Numbered from the whole stretch's first letter, positions 48,891 to 61,239 are shown. The stretch is 63,069 nucleotides of DNA, filler included, from Octopus bimaculoides (GCF_001194135.2; 3 parts of 3 records of this genome joined end to end with filler, not necessarily neighbours in it); one strand, 5' to 3'. The notes: generated by a model from the sequence alone, not told the origin. Translations and numbers: made by a program.

Positions 48891-51270
48891 AATTCCCACA
48901 GCAGCAATCAGGTATTTCAGTTGACACTTTACTTATTTATTACCATTACGTCCACTCGTAGTTTCGATTTTCTTGAATCTCGTTAGAGTTTCTTCTCGTT
49001 GTTTTGGTATTTGCTGGTTGGTGAGGTGAAGAGTGTAATATCAACAGCTGTACCTTTACCTGCATATTGGTGTTATTACTTCGTGCCAACTGGTGGTGGT
49101 AAACTAAGCCTCTTTACTCAGCAATGGATCCCTACCACTCGTTGTGCACATGAATAGCCATGATATTGACATTAAGTTTACTTTGGTTTGACCGGCCGCT
49201 ACTGAAGTCAACATATGATATAGGTTTGTATATGTATATACATGTCAATTGTTGTCAGTGCTTGTATAGGAAACCAGCTGTAGTTGTTTAACATAAAACT
49301 TTCTGTTATGATTATTCGTCTAACACAAAAATAGCACACGCTCTTCTCAAAACCGAAATAACCCCTATTTTATATCTCACCTATCTACTATCTATCAACG
49401 ATAATTTTTCTGAATAACTCACACGCGAATAGTAATTGTTTATTTACATGTTTTTTCATACACATCCCTCTTAATATCATAGAATCGGTGGAGCACCTGA
49501 CAGAATGACTTTCATTAATATGTAATTATGTTTCTGTACATTTGGATTTCAAACCTCTTCTGGATCGACTTAGTCTTCTGTCCTTACGGGTTTGTTTTGT
49601 TTTCTTTTATATTTTCATTCACATGTGGGATTCATTTAGAGAGGCATAAACCGGTTCAGTTTATAGCTGGTATTTTATCACCCTCAGGATGTAAGGCAAT
49701 GATCACTTCGGTTTGATTTTGGTAAAATGAAGTACATTTCAAATACTGAAGTAGATATAGTCTGCTACTTACTCTCTGTGACTAAGTTAGACACCAATAT
49801 AATAGAATCTGTAGAACGTCGGACAAAATTAACCCCAAATTATTTGTTTTAGTAATAAGTTACGACTCATGACATTTTATGTTTAAATTTCGCTGATGTC
49901 GACTCTACTTCCTTACTGCTTTGATAAAGTACATGCTAAGTACTCGTATCGAAATAATTATTCACTTTTAACTGAGTGAGTGGTCACACACCTATGTTAA
50001 ATATCATTATGATAAAGTTGGTGCCAGTTTAATCGAGACTGATTTTCTTCACATATCTCAATGTAATCTATGAAGTGGGACTAATTGATATAAATAATTT
50101 GCTAGTTGTTTTCTTAGCTGAACCAGCAAGTAGTGGGTATTTAAGTTTACCTGACTCGGAAATTCACGTCCAGTTGCGGTGAACATTTGCTCGGGATAAT
50201 ATAACCATAATTACCTTATAGGTTCACTGCAATTGATTGGCACCTTGCAATTCAAAATTGATTTTTGTGCGTTGTCCAACAAGAATTTGTTTAAATAAAT
50301 GTGACCATTCAGTAGTACTAATATAGGCCTATACAAATCTTATTGAAGTAATTCTATGTAATTTGCTATATATATATTTTCTACTAACTGCACTATTACA
50401 CTTATATAGTTGCTTTGAATTGTCTCTGCTCTTAATTGTCAGTCATTTATATATAATATAATAAACCAATCCTCTTTATATTTCTAACCGACTGTCAGTT
50501 GTAACGAAGGGAAAATAACATACAGTACCCAAGCTAGTGATGGTGTGTCGGTGAAATAAAATTTATGGAAATCCTGAATTAATACATATACCGTAAGAGG
50601 CAAGTTACAAGGTTTCATACCGGGCCTATTTTTGCAAAGGCGTCTGCTGAGGTTTCAAACAGGGCCTTTCTTTAGAGATGGAATAAAGCTAGGCAGAGTC
50701 AAAGAATACGTTTAACATCTACCCCACTTTGAACCAACATTGTCTACGTCTGTTACATTATACTAATTACTGAATTACTAAATACTCGCTGATGAACATG
50801 ATTGACTGTTTATGTTGCTCGCACGAAAACTTTAGGTATAAAGTAATAATCATGTTCACACATGCACATATTTGTGTATGTGTGTATTTATGTACATAGC
50901 CGTTATTCTCTTTTTTTTCAAAACAGCTAGCCCCAGTTCAACCTTGATCGAAATGACTTACATTTCTCTCTTTTTTTTCCTATTAAATTACGTACTACAT
51001 CGTCCAGTATATCTTTCATTATTAAAGATAATGTGGTTTGAGGGACGTTTGGTTGCCATTTCATGCAGGTCGAGCTACTGCTTAGAGGTTTGCTCTTACT
51101 ACCTTGAGTAATTATCGTTTGGACCCAGGTCAATCCTGATTAAATTAAACCTGATATTCCTGTCGAGAACATGTTCATCCCCCAACTCCGTCACGCACCT
51201 TATGTTCTTAAGACTTGTATGGGTGTGGTTTTGGGAAAGAAACTTGGTTGCTATATATATTCTCTGTATA

Positions 51271-51311
<41 letters not shown>

Positions 51312-51614
51312 TATATACATACATGCAGAGAGAGAGAAGGTTGGGCTTAGTTTGTATAATCTACAGTTGTTATTTAGCCGAGGTCAGCTAAGATCAAAAG
51401 CATTCTAAAAAAAGACTATCTCGATTTGTTTATTTGGGGTTTTTTTCCCCGAGGTATAGTGTTTCTCACTCAGCTTATATTATCTAACGTATTCTTCCTT
51501 TTATAAAATTGTTTAATGATATGAAGGACAGTTACTTAGTTGCTATTTCTAAACGGTTACATAAAAGCTCTCTCTATCAGTAAGGTGTTAGATAGTGTTA
51601 AATGAATCACCAAA

Positions 51615-51875
51615 TTGGAAATACCTTGCTAAAATACATCAGAGATTTACTAGGAGTAGATGTGGCTGTATCCAAAATAAACTTTGACATATTTTTATCG
51701 CAGCTATCAGATGGGGATAGCTTAAAAAAAAACACAAACACGAGGGCAGTGGTGTCCAACTTTTTCACTAAAATCACAGAGAGAGGGCTGTAGAAATGAA
51801 ATAAACTAACAAATATGCCAATGGTGGTGGCCCCAGCATGGTCAAGCCTCTGGCTGAAACAAATACAAAGGTAAA
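51615..51875 (+). mobile_element. CR1-clade LINE 3' end
   Basis: LLKYIRDLLGVDVAVSKINFDIFLSQLSD...RAVVSNF (LPxxLRDLxGVDVxxFKxxLDxFLSxxPD...RAAxSNS pattern), 3' UTR GGTGGTGGCCCCAGCATGG...GGCTGAAACAAAT. Confidence 0.75.
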
Positions 51876-52825
51876 CTGTGTATATACATGACTGAATATA
51901 AATGTATTATTATATTTAGTTCTTCTATCATCGTCATCATTTAATGTTCTTCCATGTTGGCATGGCTTGCACTCCTTGATAAAAACTGGCTGGTCAGAAG
52001 ACTGCGCCTAACAGGGTTTCTATGGGTGGATACTCTTTCTAACCCCAATCACTTTACAGTGTACTGGGTGCATTTTATGTGGCACCAGCAGCAGTAAGGT
52101 CACCAAGCAACCTGCAAGACAAGCCCCCTCAACTGAATGGGGAGTAGCATTGAGGGAGGTGGCTTTGTGCAAGGTGATAAGTTAAACCATGATAGAGGGA
52201 GGAAAACATGTGACTTGCAGTAGAGGAGATATGTAGCTGCCACGGTTGGAGAGAGATGAAAAAGAGAAACAGATGTTGAAGATGTGTTGAGGGGGTACTC
52301 TCAAGTTAGAGGTAGATGTATATAAGTGGAACCAAGGATTGGGCTAGGTGATAAGTTTTCGAGATTGTGAAAGGAAAGTGGGAGATAGAGGGGAGGGAAA
52401 ATATGAGTGGACACAGGTAGTGGGTGGGGCGATATGTTGACAGGGTCACATTGGGTGCAGGCAGGCTCCTGAGGGTGTGAAGGGAGATGGGGAAATAGAG
52501 GTGAGGGGGAATACAGTGAGTAAAGAACATGAGTGAAAGGAAGTGAGAAGAATTATCAGACAGATTGTGTGCAGGAGCAGAGACCAAAGGCATCATCATC
52601 ATCATTTAACATGTTTTCCATGCTGGCATGGGTTAGATGGTTTGACTGGAACTGGTAAGCCAGAGGGGTGCACCAGGCTTCCATCAGTTTTGGTTTGGTT
52701 TCTAAAGCTGGATGCTCTTCCTAATGCTAACCACTCCATAGCATGTACTGGGTGTCTTTTACATATCACTGTCTGGGGTGATATGTAAAGTATACATGTA
52801 TGTATATATATGTATAATATGTTTA

Positions 52826-53200
52826 AGAAAGTGCCACACCCTAGTGGTTGAGAGAACCTGTGGAAGAGGTAAACCCAGGAAGACCTGGGATGAGGTGGTG
52901 AAGCACGACCTTCGAACATTAGGCCTCACCGAGGCAATGACTAGTGACTGAGACCTTCGGAAATATACTGTGCGTGAGAAGACCTGGCAAGCCAAGTGAG
53001 ACCATAATACTTGGCCTCTGCCAGGGGTGTAGCCAGCCCACTTATGCGTACCTTTCCTTCATTGAACACTAAACTCTGCTTGCGAAGATCTGTTGAGGCA
53101 AGTGAAATCGCAATCGAACCAAATTTGACGACTGGCACCTATGCCAGTGGAGTGCTAACAGCACCGTCCGAGCGTGATAATTGCCAGAGCAACTGTCTGT
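52826..53200 (+). mobile_element. RTE-X-like LINE: ORF2 C-terminus and start of the 3' UTR
   Basis: KKCHTLVVERTCGRGKPRKTWDEVVKHDLRTLGLTEAMTSD*DLRKYTVREKTWQAK*. Confidence 0.85.
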
Positions 53201-53203
53201 GTA

Positions 53204-53588
53204 ACTCGAACTCACATCTCTGATTACACGTCAAGTGTTTTACCATTAAACTAAACTGCCCAGCAAACTTTGTTTGTTTACTTTCATCGTAAAGTTGAAT
53301 TTAACGTTAGTGTCTTATGAAGCTAAATTTATATGTTATAAAATTGCAGAAGAATTCGTTGCTGGGCAGTTTCGATTAATGGTAAAACACTTGACGCGTA
53401 ATCACAGAGATGTGAGTTCGAGTCTCATGGCTGGCCAGTAACGTATTTTTCTGCAATGTATGGATAATTTATCCTTATCACGCTATTTATAGCATTATCA
53501 TGCGTTTGAGAAATAAATTTATTTCTGTTCTTACAATACATCTCAACGCTTCTAAAAAAGAAAAAACAAACTTTGTTTGTTTACTTTC
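53204..53588 (+). mobile_element. tRNA(Thr)-like element with 5' inverted copy and partial tandem duplication
   Basis: Arms 53204-53266 and 53359-53423 are inverted; CAAACTTTGTTTGTTTACTTTC is repeated directly at 53264-53285 and 53567-53588. Confidence 0.7.
53365..53437 (+). pseudogene. tRNA-Thr-like sequence (CGT; TGT in the inverted copy), probably a SINE head or pseudogene
   Basis: 73-nt cloverleaf-like fold: T-arm GTGAG-TTCGAGT-CTCAT, anticodon loop CG-CGT-AA (G33 non-canonical), imperfect acceptor and anticodon stems. Confidence 0.6.
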
Positions 53589-54129
53589 NNNNNNNNNNNN
53601 NNNNNNNNNNNNNNNNNNNNNNNNNNNNNNNNNNNNNNNNNNNNNNNNNNNNNNNNNNNNNNNNNNNNNNNNNNNNNNNNNNNNNNNNNNNNNNNNNNNN
53701 NNNNNNNNNNNNNNNNNNNATATATATATACATATACATATCTATATCTACATATAAATATATATACATATACATACATATCTCCCACCCCTACACAATC
53801 CAATCCCACCTTCCCTATCCATCCCATCCCCACCCTCAGCCTGCCCACATACCCCACCTCCAGCCTAACCCATACCCCCTGCTTTCCCCTCTCTTGTCTC
53901 CCCCACATACCAGCACCATCACACCACTACACACACACTAGCTCTGACCACTTCCCTCTCCACATCCACACACCTACACATACACGCACATGTCAAGGTC
54001 ACTAGCCCTCTTCCACACGCACATAAATGCTGTCTTATACACATGCATGCGCACCTTTGTTTTGGGATCACCACTACTTTACTATCTCCCCTTCTTCCTA
54101 GCTCTCCTGTATGACCCCTCTGTCGGCAT

Positions 54130-54325
54130 TCGCCATGATAGATTGCTAGCCACTACACAGTCTTTATTTTCTCTCCTTGTTTCTTTTTGTGTTCCTTTCT
54201 GTAGAAGAACGTAGGCTCGAAACGTTAAAGACTTTTTCACTTCCCAAACGTTAAACTAATACATCTGTTTGTTGTCTATACCACCTGTCTTCGTCTTTTG
54301 TTTTTTTGTGAATTCTCCCTATATA
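54130..54325 (+). mobile_element. Penelope-like element with minimal hammerhead motif
   Basis: CTTT-CTGTAGA-A-GAAC-GTAG-GCTC-GAA-AC-GT-T-AAAG at 54195-54230. Confidence 0.7.
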
Positions 54326-54326
54326 T

Positions 54327-54368
<42 letters not shown>

Positions 54369-55303
54369 GCGTCGCCAAACATTCGAGCGAGGTTGTTGCC
54401 AGTGCCACTGGACTGGCTCCTGTGCAGGTGGCACGTAAAAAACACTATTTGAGCGTGACTGTTGCCAGTACCGCCTGACTGACCCTCGTGCCAGTGGCAC
54501 GTAAAAGCACCCACTACACTCTTGGAGTGGTTGACGTTAGGAAGGGCATCCAGCTGTAGAAACTCTGCCAGATCAGATTGGAAACTGGTGCAGCCAACTG
54601 GTTTCCTCGTCCTCAGTCAAATCGTCCAATCCATGCTAGCATGGAAAGCGGATGCAATTTCAGGAGAGGGGTTAAGCCAATTATATCGAGCCCAGTGCTT
54701 GGCTGGTACTTCTTTTATCAACCCCGAAAAGATGAAAGGCAAATTCTTCCTCAGCAGAACTTGAATTCAGAATGTAAAGATGAACAAAATGCTGCTAAGC
54801 AATTCTGCCCAGTGTGCCAACGATTATGCCAGCTTGCTGCCTTTTAGGAACTCAGACTCAATAATGTCCATCACTATTCCTTAATACTAATTGCTAGAGC
54901 ACCTACCTTATAATGGTGGTGGTAGTTGTGTAATCCTAAATAAAGGGGCCAAAATCAAAGCCATGACCATCCCTACTTTTTCAGCAATAGTGTTCCTCTC
55001 TTCTGAACTACATTATTCAATGTACATCTTTTTAGGATGGTAAGGGGCTGGTTACTTTCAGGAATACTTGTTTGCTATTTCTAGCAGGTTGAGCAAATAC
55101 GTAGAGATTGAATGGTTAGGAAGTGGTTGGGAAAGTGTGAGTATCAATGTTGCTAGCTGTAAAACCTGATTGCTTCAATAAAGCTTCATTCTTTACCTGC
55201 TAGTATGAGAATGAAAAAGAAACCATTTTAAAAGAGCATTGTATGGGAGTTTGTGTGTACGAGACACAGATTTCATCCATTTATTTTTGGTCCTTGTTTT
55301 CAG

Positions 55304-55356
55304 AAACCTTAAAAGGCTTTGGTTACTTGAAAACAATAGAACAGAAGTCATTCCTT
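55304..55356 (+). CDS. Candidate 53-nt internal exon
   Basis: Strong acceptor TTTATTTTTGGTCCTTGTTTTCAG and donor CTT|GTAAGC; open frames (x)TLKGFGYLKTIEQKSFL and NLKRLWLLENNRTEVIP. Confidence 0.35.
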
Positions 55357-55499
55357 GTAAGCATTAGTACAATATCTGAATTGTTAGCTTAATCTATATT
55401 TGGGTTGAACGTTATTGTAGAATGACTATAGACAATATAAATGTGTACTGTGACATAGGTCACCACTTACTATAATCTTGTATCTTAAATTACATAGCT

Positions 55500-56203
55500 A
55501 GCATAGCTTTATCTTCTATCTTGACTTGTTTCAGTCATTAGACTGCAGCCATGCTATGTCACCACTTTGAAGGGTTTTCAGTCAAACAAATTGACCACTG
55601 TACTTATTAAATCTGGCACTTATTCTGTGAATCTTTTCGCCAAACTGCTTTGGTATGGAGACATAAATAAACCAACACCAGTTGTTAAGTGGATGGAGTG
55701 ACACACATTCATGTGAGGTACTTTCATGTAGTTTCTGTCTACCAAATTTACACACAAGGCATTAGTTGGCCTGGAGTTATAGTAAAAGACACTTGCCTAG
55801 TGTGCCACACAGTGGGACTGAATTTCTAAAAATATTTTTAATGTTTTATGCATTAAGATAAGATATGTTAACACTGACATATTTTCTATACAACCCTTTT
55901 AGTAGTATATTCACATTGAATTATTCTTATGTATTTTAATTAATTTTGACAATAATCAAGAATTTGGAGGGATTCAGTAAAATAATTTAATTTTGGTGTT
56001 TGGAATATAACTTGCTTCATGATTGCAGTCCATTGAGTTGTAGCTATGATGGGATACCATCTAGAAGTGTTTTAGTCAAACAAATTAACCTCAGTACTTA
56101 CTTTTAGTCTGGCATCTGTCTCTTTTTTGCTGAACTACCAAGTTATGGAAACATGACCCAACCAACATCGATTGTCAAGTGGTTGAGGACAGAATACAAT
56201 TAT

Positions 56204-56243
<40 letters not shown>

Positions 56244-57590
56244 GTGAGCACACAGTGGCTTCCACTCAATAGCCATATATTAAACTCACTGACAAAGCAT
56301 TGGTCAACTTGCAGACATATTAGCAGACACTTGCCCAAAGTGTCATACTATGAAGCCAAGCCTGAAGTGTGTTTTTAACTGATGGGAAGTTTTAATTGAT
56401 GTATGAACATTTTAAAAAGAGGCAAGGCTAGTATCATAAAAGCGAAGGCAGTCTCTGGTTAGCTTGTATGAAAATGGTTAATTTTAAGTAAATTGATATA
56501 GTTTTAATGTGGGTTACTTTTCTTTTATTTGTTGTACTTGCGTGGTTTTTCGATGTAAATTTTGTTTTTAGTTGTTATCATCATCATCATCATCATCATC
56601 GTTTAACGTCCGCTTTCCATGCTAGCATGGGTTGGACGATTTAACTGAGGACTGGTGAAACCGGATGGCAACACCAGGCTCCAATCTGATTTGGCAGAGT
56701 TTCTACAGCTGGATGCCCTTCCTAACGCCAACCACTCAGAGAGTGTAGTGGGTGCTTTTACGTGTCATCCGCACGAAGGCCAGTCGGCTGTGTGGGTAAG
56801 AAATTCATTTGTGTGTGTTTGTGTCTTTCATCTTGACCTTGGGTTTTAGGTGTAAGCGAGTGTCACTGTCTTACAAGTAGTGTCATTTGTTGCCAATCTT
56901 CCATGAAAATAAGGAGAAATACTATCTTACTTGGGAGCAGTTGAGAGTTTATGTCAAGGAAGACATTTGACCATAGAAAATCAGCCCCGACCAATTCTGC
57001 CTGACACATGCAAGCATGGAAAAGTGGATGTTCAATAATGATGATACTGAAATTCATGACTTCTTATATGTTACTTTTATTAAATACTAGTTTTACACTT
57101 TTTCTCAGTATCTCAATCCTAAAAAAGTGGCAAGTTATTCTTTTTTTTCCCTTACATAACCACAATCCCAAAATATTTAGAATTGTTATTCATTCCTAGC
57201 TGGATTTCTTTAATCTTTTAGATGTTTCAGTCAGTGGACTGTGGCCATACTGGGGCACCACTTTGAAGGATTTAGTCAAACAAACTGTATCCAGTGCTTA
57301 TTTTTTAAGCCTGGTACTTATTCTATAGGTCTCTTTTGCCAAACTGATAAGTTACGGGGACACTAATTGTTAAATGATGCTGGGAGCCGGGGACAAGCAC
57401 AAACGCACCAGCATATACGTATATACACAATGTATTCTGTGTATACATATATATACATAAATGGCTTCTGCAACTCACTCACAAGGCATTGGTCATTTTG
57501 GTGCTATAGTAGAAAATGCTTACTTAAGATGCTGCACAGTGAAACTGAACTCAGAATCACATGGTTGCAAAGTGAGCTTCTTAACTACAT
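55500..57590 (-). mobile_element. Three CpG-decayed SINE family A copies (about 55500-55830, 56030-56350, 57210-57590)
   Basis: Each has the TTTCAGTCA..GACTG.GGCCAT tail and GACACTTGCC CORE-like segment on the minus strand. Confidence 0.75.
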
Positions 57591-58161
57591 GCTTTGTCTA
57601 TAATTCTTAATAATTATAGTATGATTGTCAATAAACTTTGTTATTCTTTTATTGGTGTCAGGAAATCAAAATTCCAAGAATTAATCATTAGGAAAACAAA
57701 CCCAAATAAATTTATAAAATAAGATAAGAGCATGATTGGAGAAAGGAAATAGGTATTTGTAAAAATATTTTCTAGTACAACAGGGTATATAAACAGATAG
57801 CATTACGGTTAGGAATTTTTTCTTATCTGAAAGGGAACTACCATTTGTGGTTCTATGTGTGTATGTGTGTGATTTACAGAAGTTAACCACTAACTGGGCT
57901 AAAGGTAAAGTGTGAGAGAATCACCAGTGGCTGCTGCAGCTGACTTCAGTGTAACATGTTACTGAAACATGTAACCGACTTTTCTGCTCTACCCTCAGCT
58001 CTGTCAGTTTTCTATGGGAGTGTTTGTGCTCTCTCTCTCTCATTCTCTCACAAATACATACACACTGAAGGATCTGATATATAAATGCATGCGTATGTTA
58101 GGGCATGTGTACTGAAAGTCACACATATTCACCAATATACAGCCATCTCAGTGTGTGTACT

Positions 58162-58198
<37 letters not shown>

Positions 58199-58451
58199 AT
58201 GAGAATCNNNNNNNNNNAGAATCTACAAAAAAACACACACACATCTTTTATTCTTTTTTGTTTTAATCATTGGCTTGTGGCCATGCTGGGGCACTGCCTT
58301 GAAAGGTCTAATTGGACAGACTGACCTCAGTCATTATAATTTTAAGTCTAATACTCATTCTATTGGTCTCTCTTGCCAAGTTACAAGGATGTAAACAAAC
58401 CAACACTAGTGGGGGCACACACATATATGATGGGCTTCAATGCAGTTTCTA

Positions 58452-58681
58452 ATTTCTTTACTGCCCACAAGGAGCTACACACAGAGGGGACAAGCAAGGA
58501 CTGACAAACGGATTAAGTCGATTGTATCGACCCCAGTGCGTAACTGGTATTTATTTAATCAACCCCGAAAGGATGAAAGGCAAAGTCGACGTCTGCGGAA
58601 TTTGAACTCAGAACGTAGCGGCAGACGAAATACCACTAAGCATTTCGCCCGGCATGCTAACGTTTCTGCCAGCTCACCGCC
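58452..58681 (-). mobile_element. SINE family B inserted into a SINE family A, with a 19-bp TSD
   Basis: GGCTTCAATGCAGTTTCTA (58433-58451) and GGCTTCAATGCATTTTCTA (58682-58700). Confidence 0.9.
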
Positions 58682-58863
58682 GGCTTCAATGCATTTTCTA
58701 TCAACCAAATTCACTCACAAGGCATTGGTTGACCTGGGGCTATAGTAGAAGACTCTTACCTAAAGTGGCATGCAATAGGACTGAACCTTAGACCATATGG
58801 TTGCAAAGTGACCTTCTTAACCACACTGCTATGCTTGCACCTTCTTAAAAACACAACCATGCA

Positions 58864-58908
<45 letters not shown>

Positions 58909-59559
58909 ATATATGTGTGTGTGTATGTATGTATGTGTGTGTGTGTGCGTATATGTGTTATTGTGTGTAGATATTTCTTTCACAAATGCAATTTTATTCA
59001 GATGTAGTGATAATGATGAAGAAAGTGAAAAAGATGATACATGTTTTTGTTTTTATCTTCTTTATTTCAAGTCATTAATATTTATCTATGCTTAACAAGG
59101 CAGCTTCAGGGTGGTTGCTCAATCTGCTAGAAATAACAGCCAAATATCCCTCAAATAACACTCCACCTTAACAACACTGGATATTGTAATTCTAGGTAAG
59201 CTTAAAAAGCCTTTTATTATGGGTCTGCCCACTCAGGACTGTTGTGAAGCTAAACAGTAATAACTATTACTCACACAAGTATTAAGTAACAATAGTGCTG
59301 TTGTTATCTACTATAGGCAGCTTACATTATAACACTACTTCACCACTGATAAATCTAAGTCTCTCTCCCTCTTTATATGTAGTGATACAAAGGTATAAAA
59401 GTACCCAATATTGTATGTTGGAAATAAATATAGTCTTGTATATGTTATTTTATGCAAGATAATCAAAAGTTACATACCAGATCAAATAAAACTGCTGTTC
59501 AGGCAGTGTAATTCCTGTTCATAAGTTAATTTATGTGTGTGTTATGTGTGTATTCATGT

Positions 59560-59882
59560 GTGTTTTTTACATTATTTACATTTGATGGATATTTGTCCTC
59601 ATCTTGTTTGTTGTTAACACAATGTTTCAGCTGATATACCCTCTAGCCTTCGTCAGCTGTCTTAGGGAAATTTCAAACCTGGGTTCTCATTCCTAAGGTA
59701 TTTTTTTAGATGTTATTATTATTATTATTATTCAGGTCGCTGCCTGGAATCGAACTCGGAATCTTGGGGTTAGTAGCCCGTGCTCTTAACCAGTATGCCA
59801 TATGCCCGGGCATATGGCGTACTGGTTAAGAGCACGAGCTACTAACCCCAAGATTCCGAGTTCGATTCCAGGCAGTGACCTG
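59560..59882 (-). mobile_element. tRNA-headed element with (AAT)n linker and Penelope-type hammerhead tail; head duplicated as a perfect palindrome
   Basis: 75-bp arms 59733-59807 and 59808-59882 (72/75 identical); hammerhead-like GACAG-CTGACGA-A-GGCTAG..CAGCT-GAAAC-AT-T-GTGTT at 59616-59661. Confidence 0.8.
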
Positions 59883-60848
59883 CATCTCTTAAATATAGAA
59901 CCATGTTTGTTATTGTTTAGCCCTAGAACAACCCTACAAATAAACCTATAATTAAAAGCATTCCAGTTGTGACCATCTCATCTTTTATCCAGACAGTGCT
60001 CCCAAAACCGTATCACTATGTATATTGCTCTTTTTTAAGATAGTAGCATGTGATTTGGGGAAAGTTTGTTTCCTGTCATCATCCTCAACATTTCATGTCC
60101 ATTTTCCTGTCTCATTTTTTACTCATCTTCCCTTTTATTCATTATCCCATCCCACCTGGGTTAACAAGAATTGGTATTTGGTCTGTTCAAATTCAATCCT
60201 CTCAACCATCACTCATTATCACTCTACTTCTCTTCCCTGTACCATCACTCTTTTCCACCATCAGTCCTTTACTCTTCTTTAAGCATGACAACTGTGTAAC
60301 AATGGATGGTGTTAGATCTGTCTATATTCAATGACTCCTACTGTCACCTTTCTTTATTGCTAGCCATCACGTTATCTTTCATGCTGCTCTTCATCACCCA
60401 CTGCAGTGCTCATCTCTGTTGCTATCCATCACTTGCTCTCTTTTACTATCACCCTTCTTTATTGCTATTCCATCATGCCACATTTATTGTCTTTCTGTTA
60501 ATTCTTCTTACTAACAACCAACATATAGATATTACTGCCTCTTCCATTACTCCCTCCTCTATTATCCTCTTGCTGTTTTCTCCATCATACTTGTGCACTT
60601 ATAGTGGCTCGTGTTAGGGAAGGTATCCAACAAAAGAAATGAAGCTAGAATAGAAAGAACAAGAAACCCATCTTGGAGGGCAGTATTTGAATTTATATAT
60701 GATCATCATCATAGTTTAACGTCCGCCTTCCATGCTGGCAAGGGTTGGATGGTTTGACAGGAGCTGACCAGGCAGAAAACTTCTGTATCTGTTTTGGCAC
60801 AGTTTTTATGGCTGGATTCCCTTCCTAACACCTAACACCCAGCAGAGT

Positions 60849-60908
<60 letters not shown>

Positions 60909-61239
60909 GATAATCTTTTATCTGAAACTGGAAAGCAAATAATTTAGTGGGCAAGTAGATGTCTCTCAGTTCTCGTTTTATGACTTAATGCCTAAACTTA
61001 AGGTGTTTAAGTTCTAACTACTAAATGACTCCTCACCAATACAAACACATTAACATTGATAACAATAAGCCATTAGCAAAGTATTTTGGAATGAAATTGA
61101 GACACCTTTTTGCTCATAATGAATCTACCGCAGAATTAAAGGAATTCCAAATGTGAAAGCAGTGCATAGAATCCGATAATAAAATATATGTAACTTTTAG
61201 TTAACAAAAAAGAAGACAGAATTCTTCTGTCATCAAGAA

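Noticed and set aside
49060-49120. FVPTGGGKLSL resembling RecQ helicase motif I (PTGGGKSL)
   Set aside because: Extra residue in the motif, frame closed within about 20 codons, no other helicase motifs or splice sites.
57945-57980. p53-like double AACATGT site
   Set aside because: Each half-site has two mismatches; expected by chance in AT-rich DNA.
59013-59095. Acidic exon candidate SDNDEESEKDD
   Set aside because: Good acceptor but no donor; looks like a decayed (GAT)n tract.
59808-59882. Functional tRNA-Ser(ACT) gene
   Set aside because: No long variable arm, poor acceptor stem, and part of a repeated element; treated as a SINE head.
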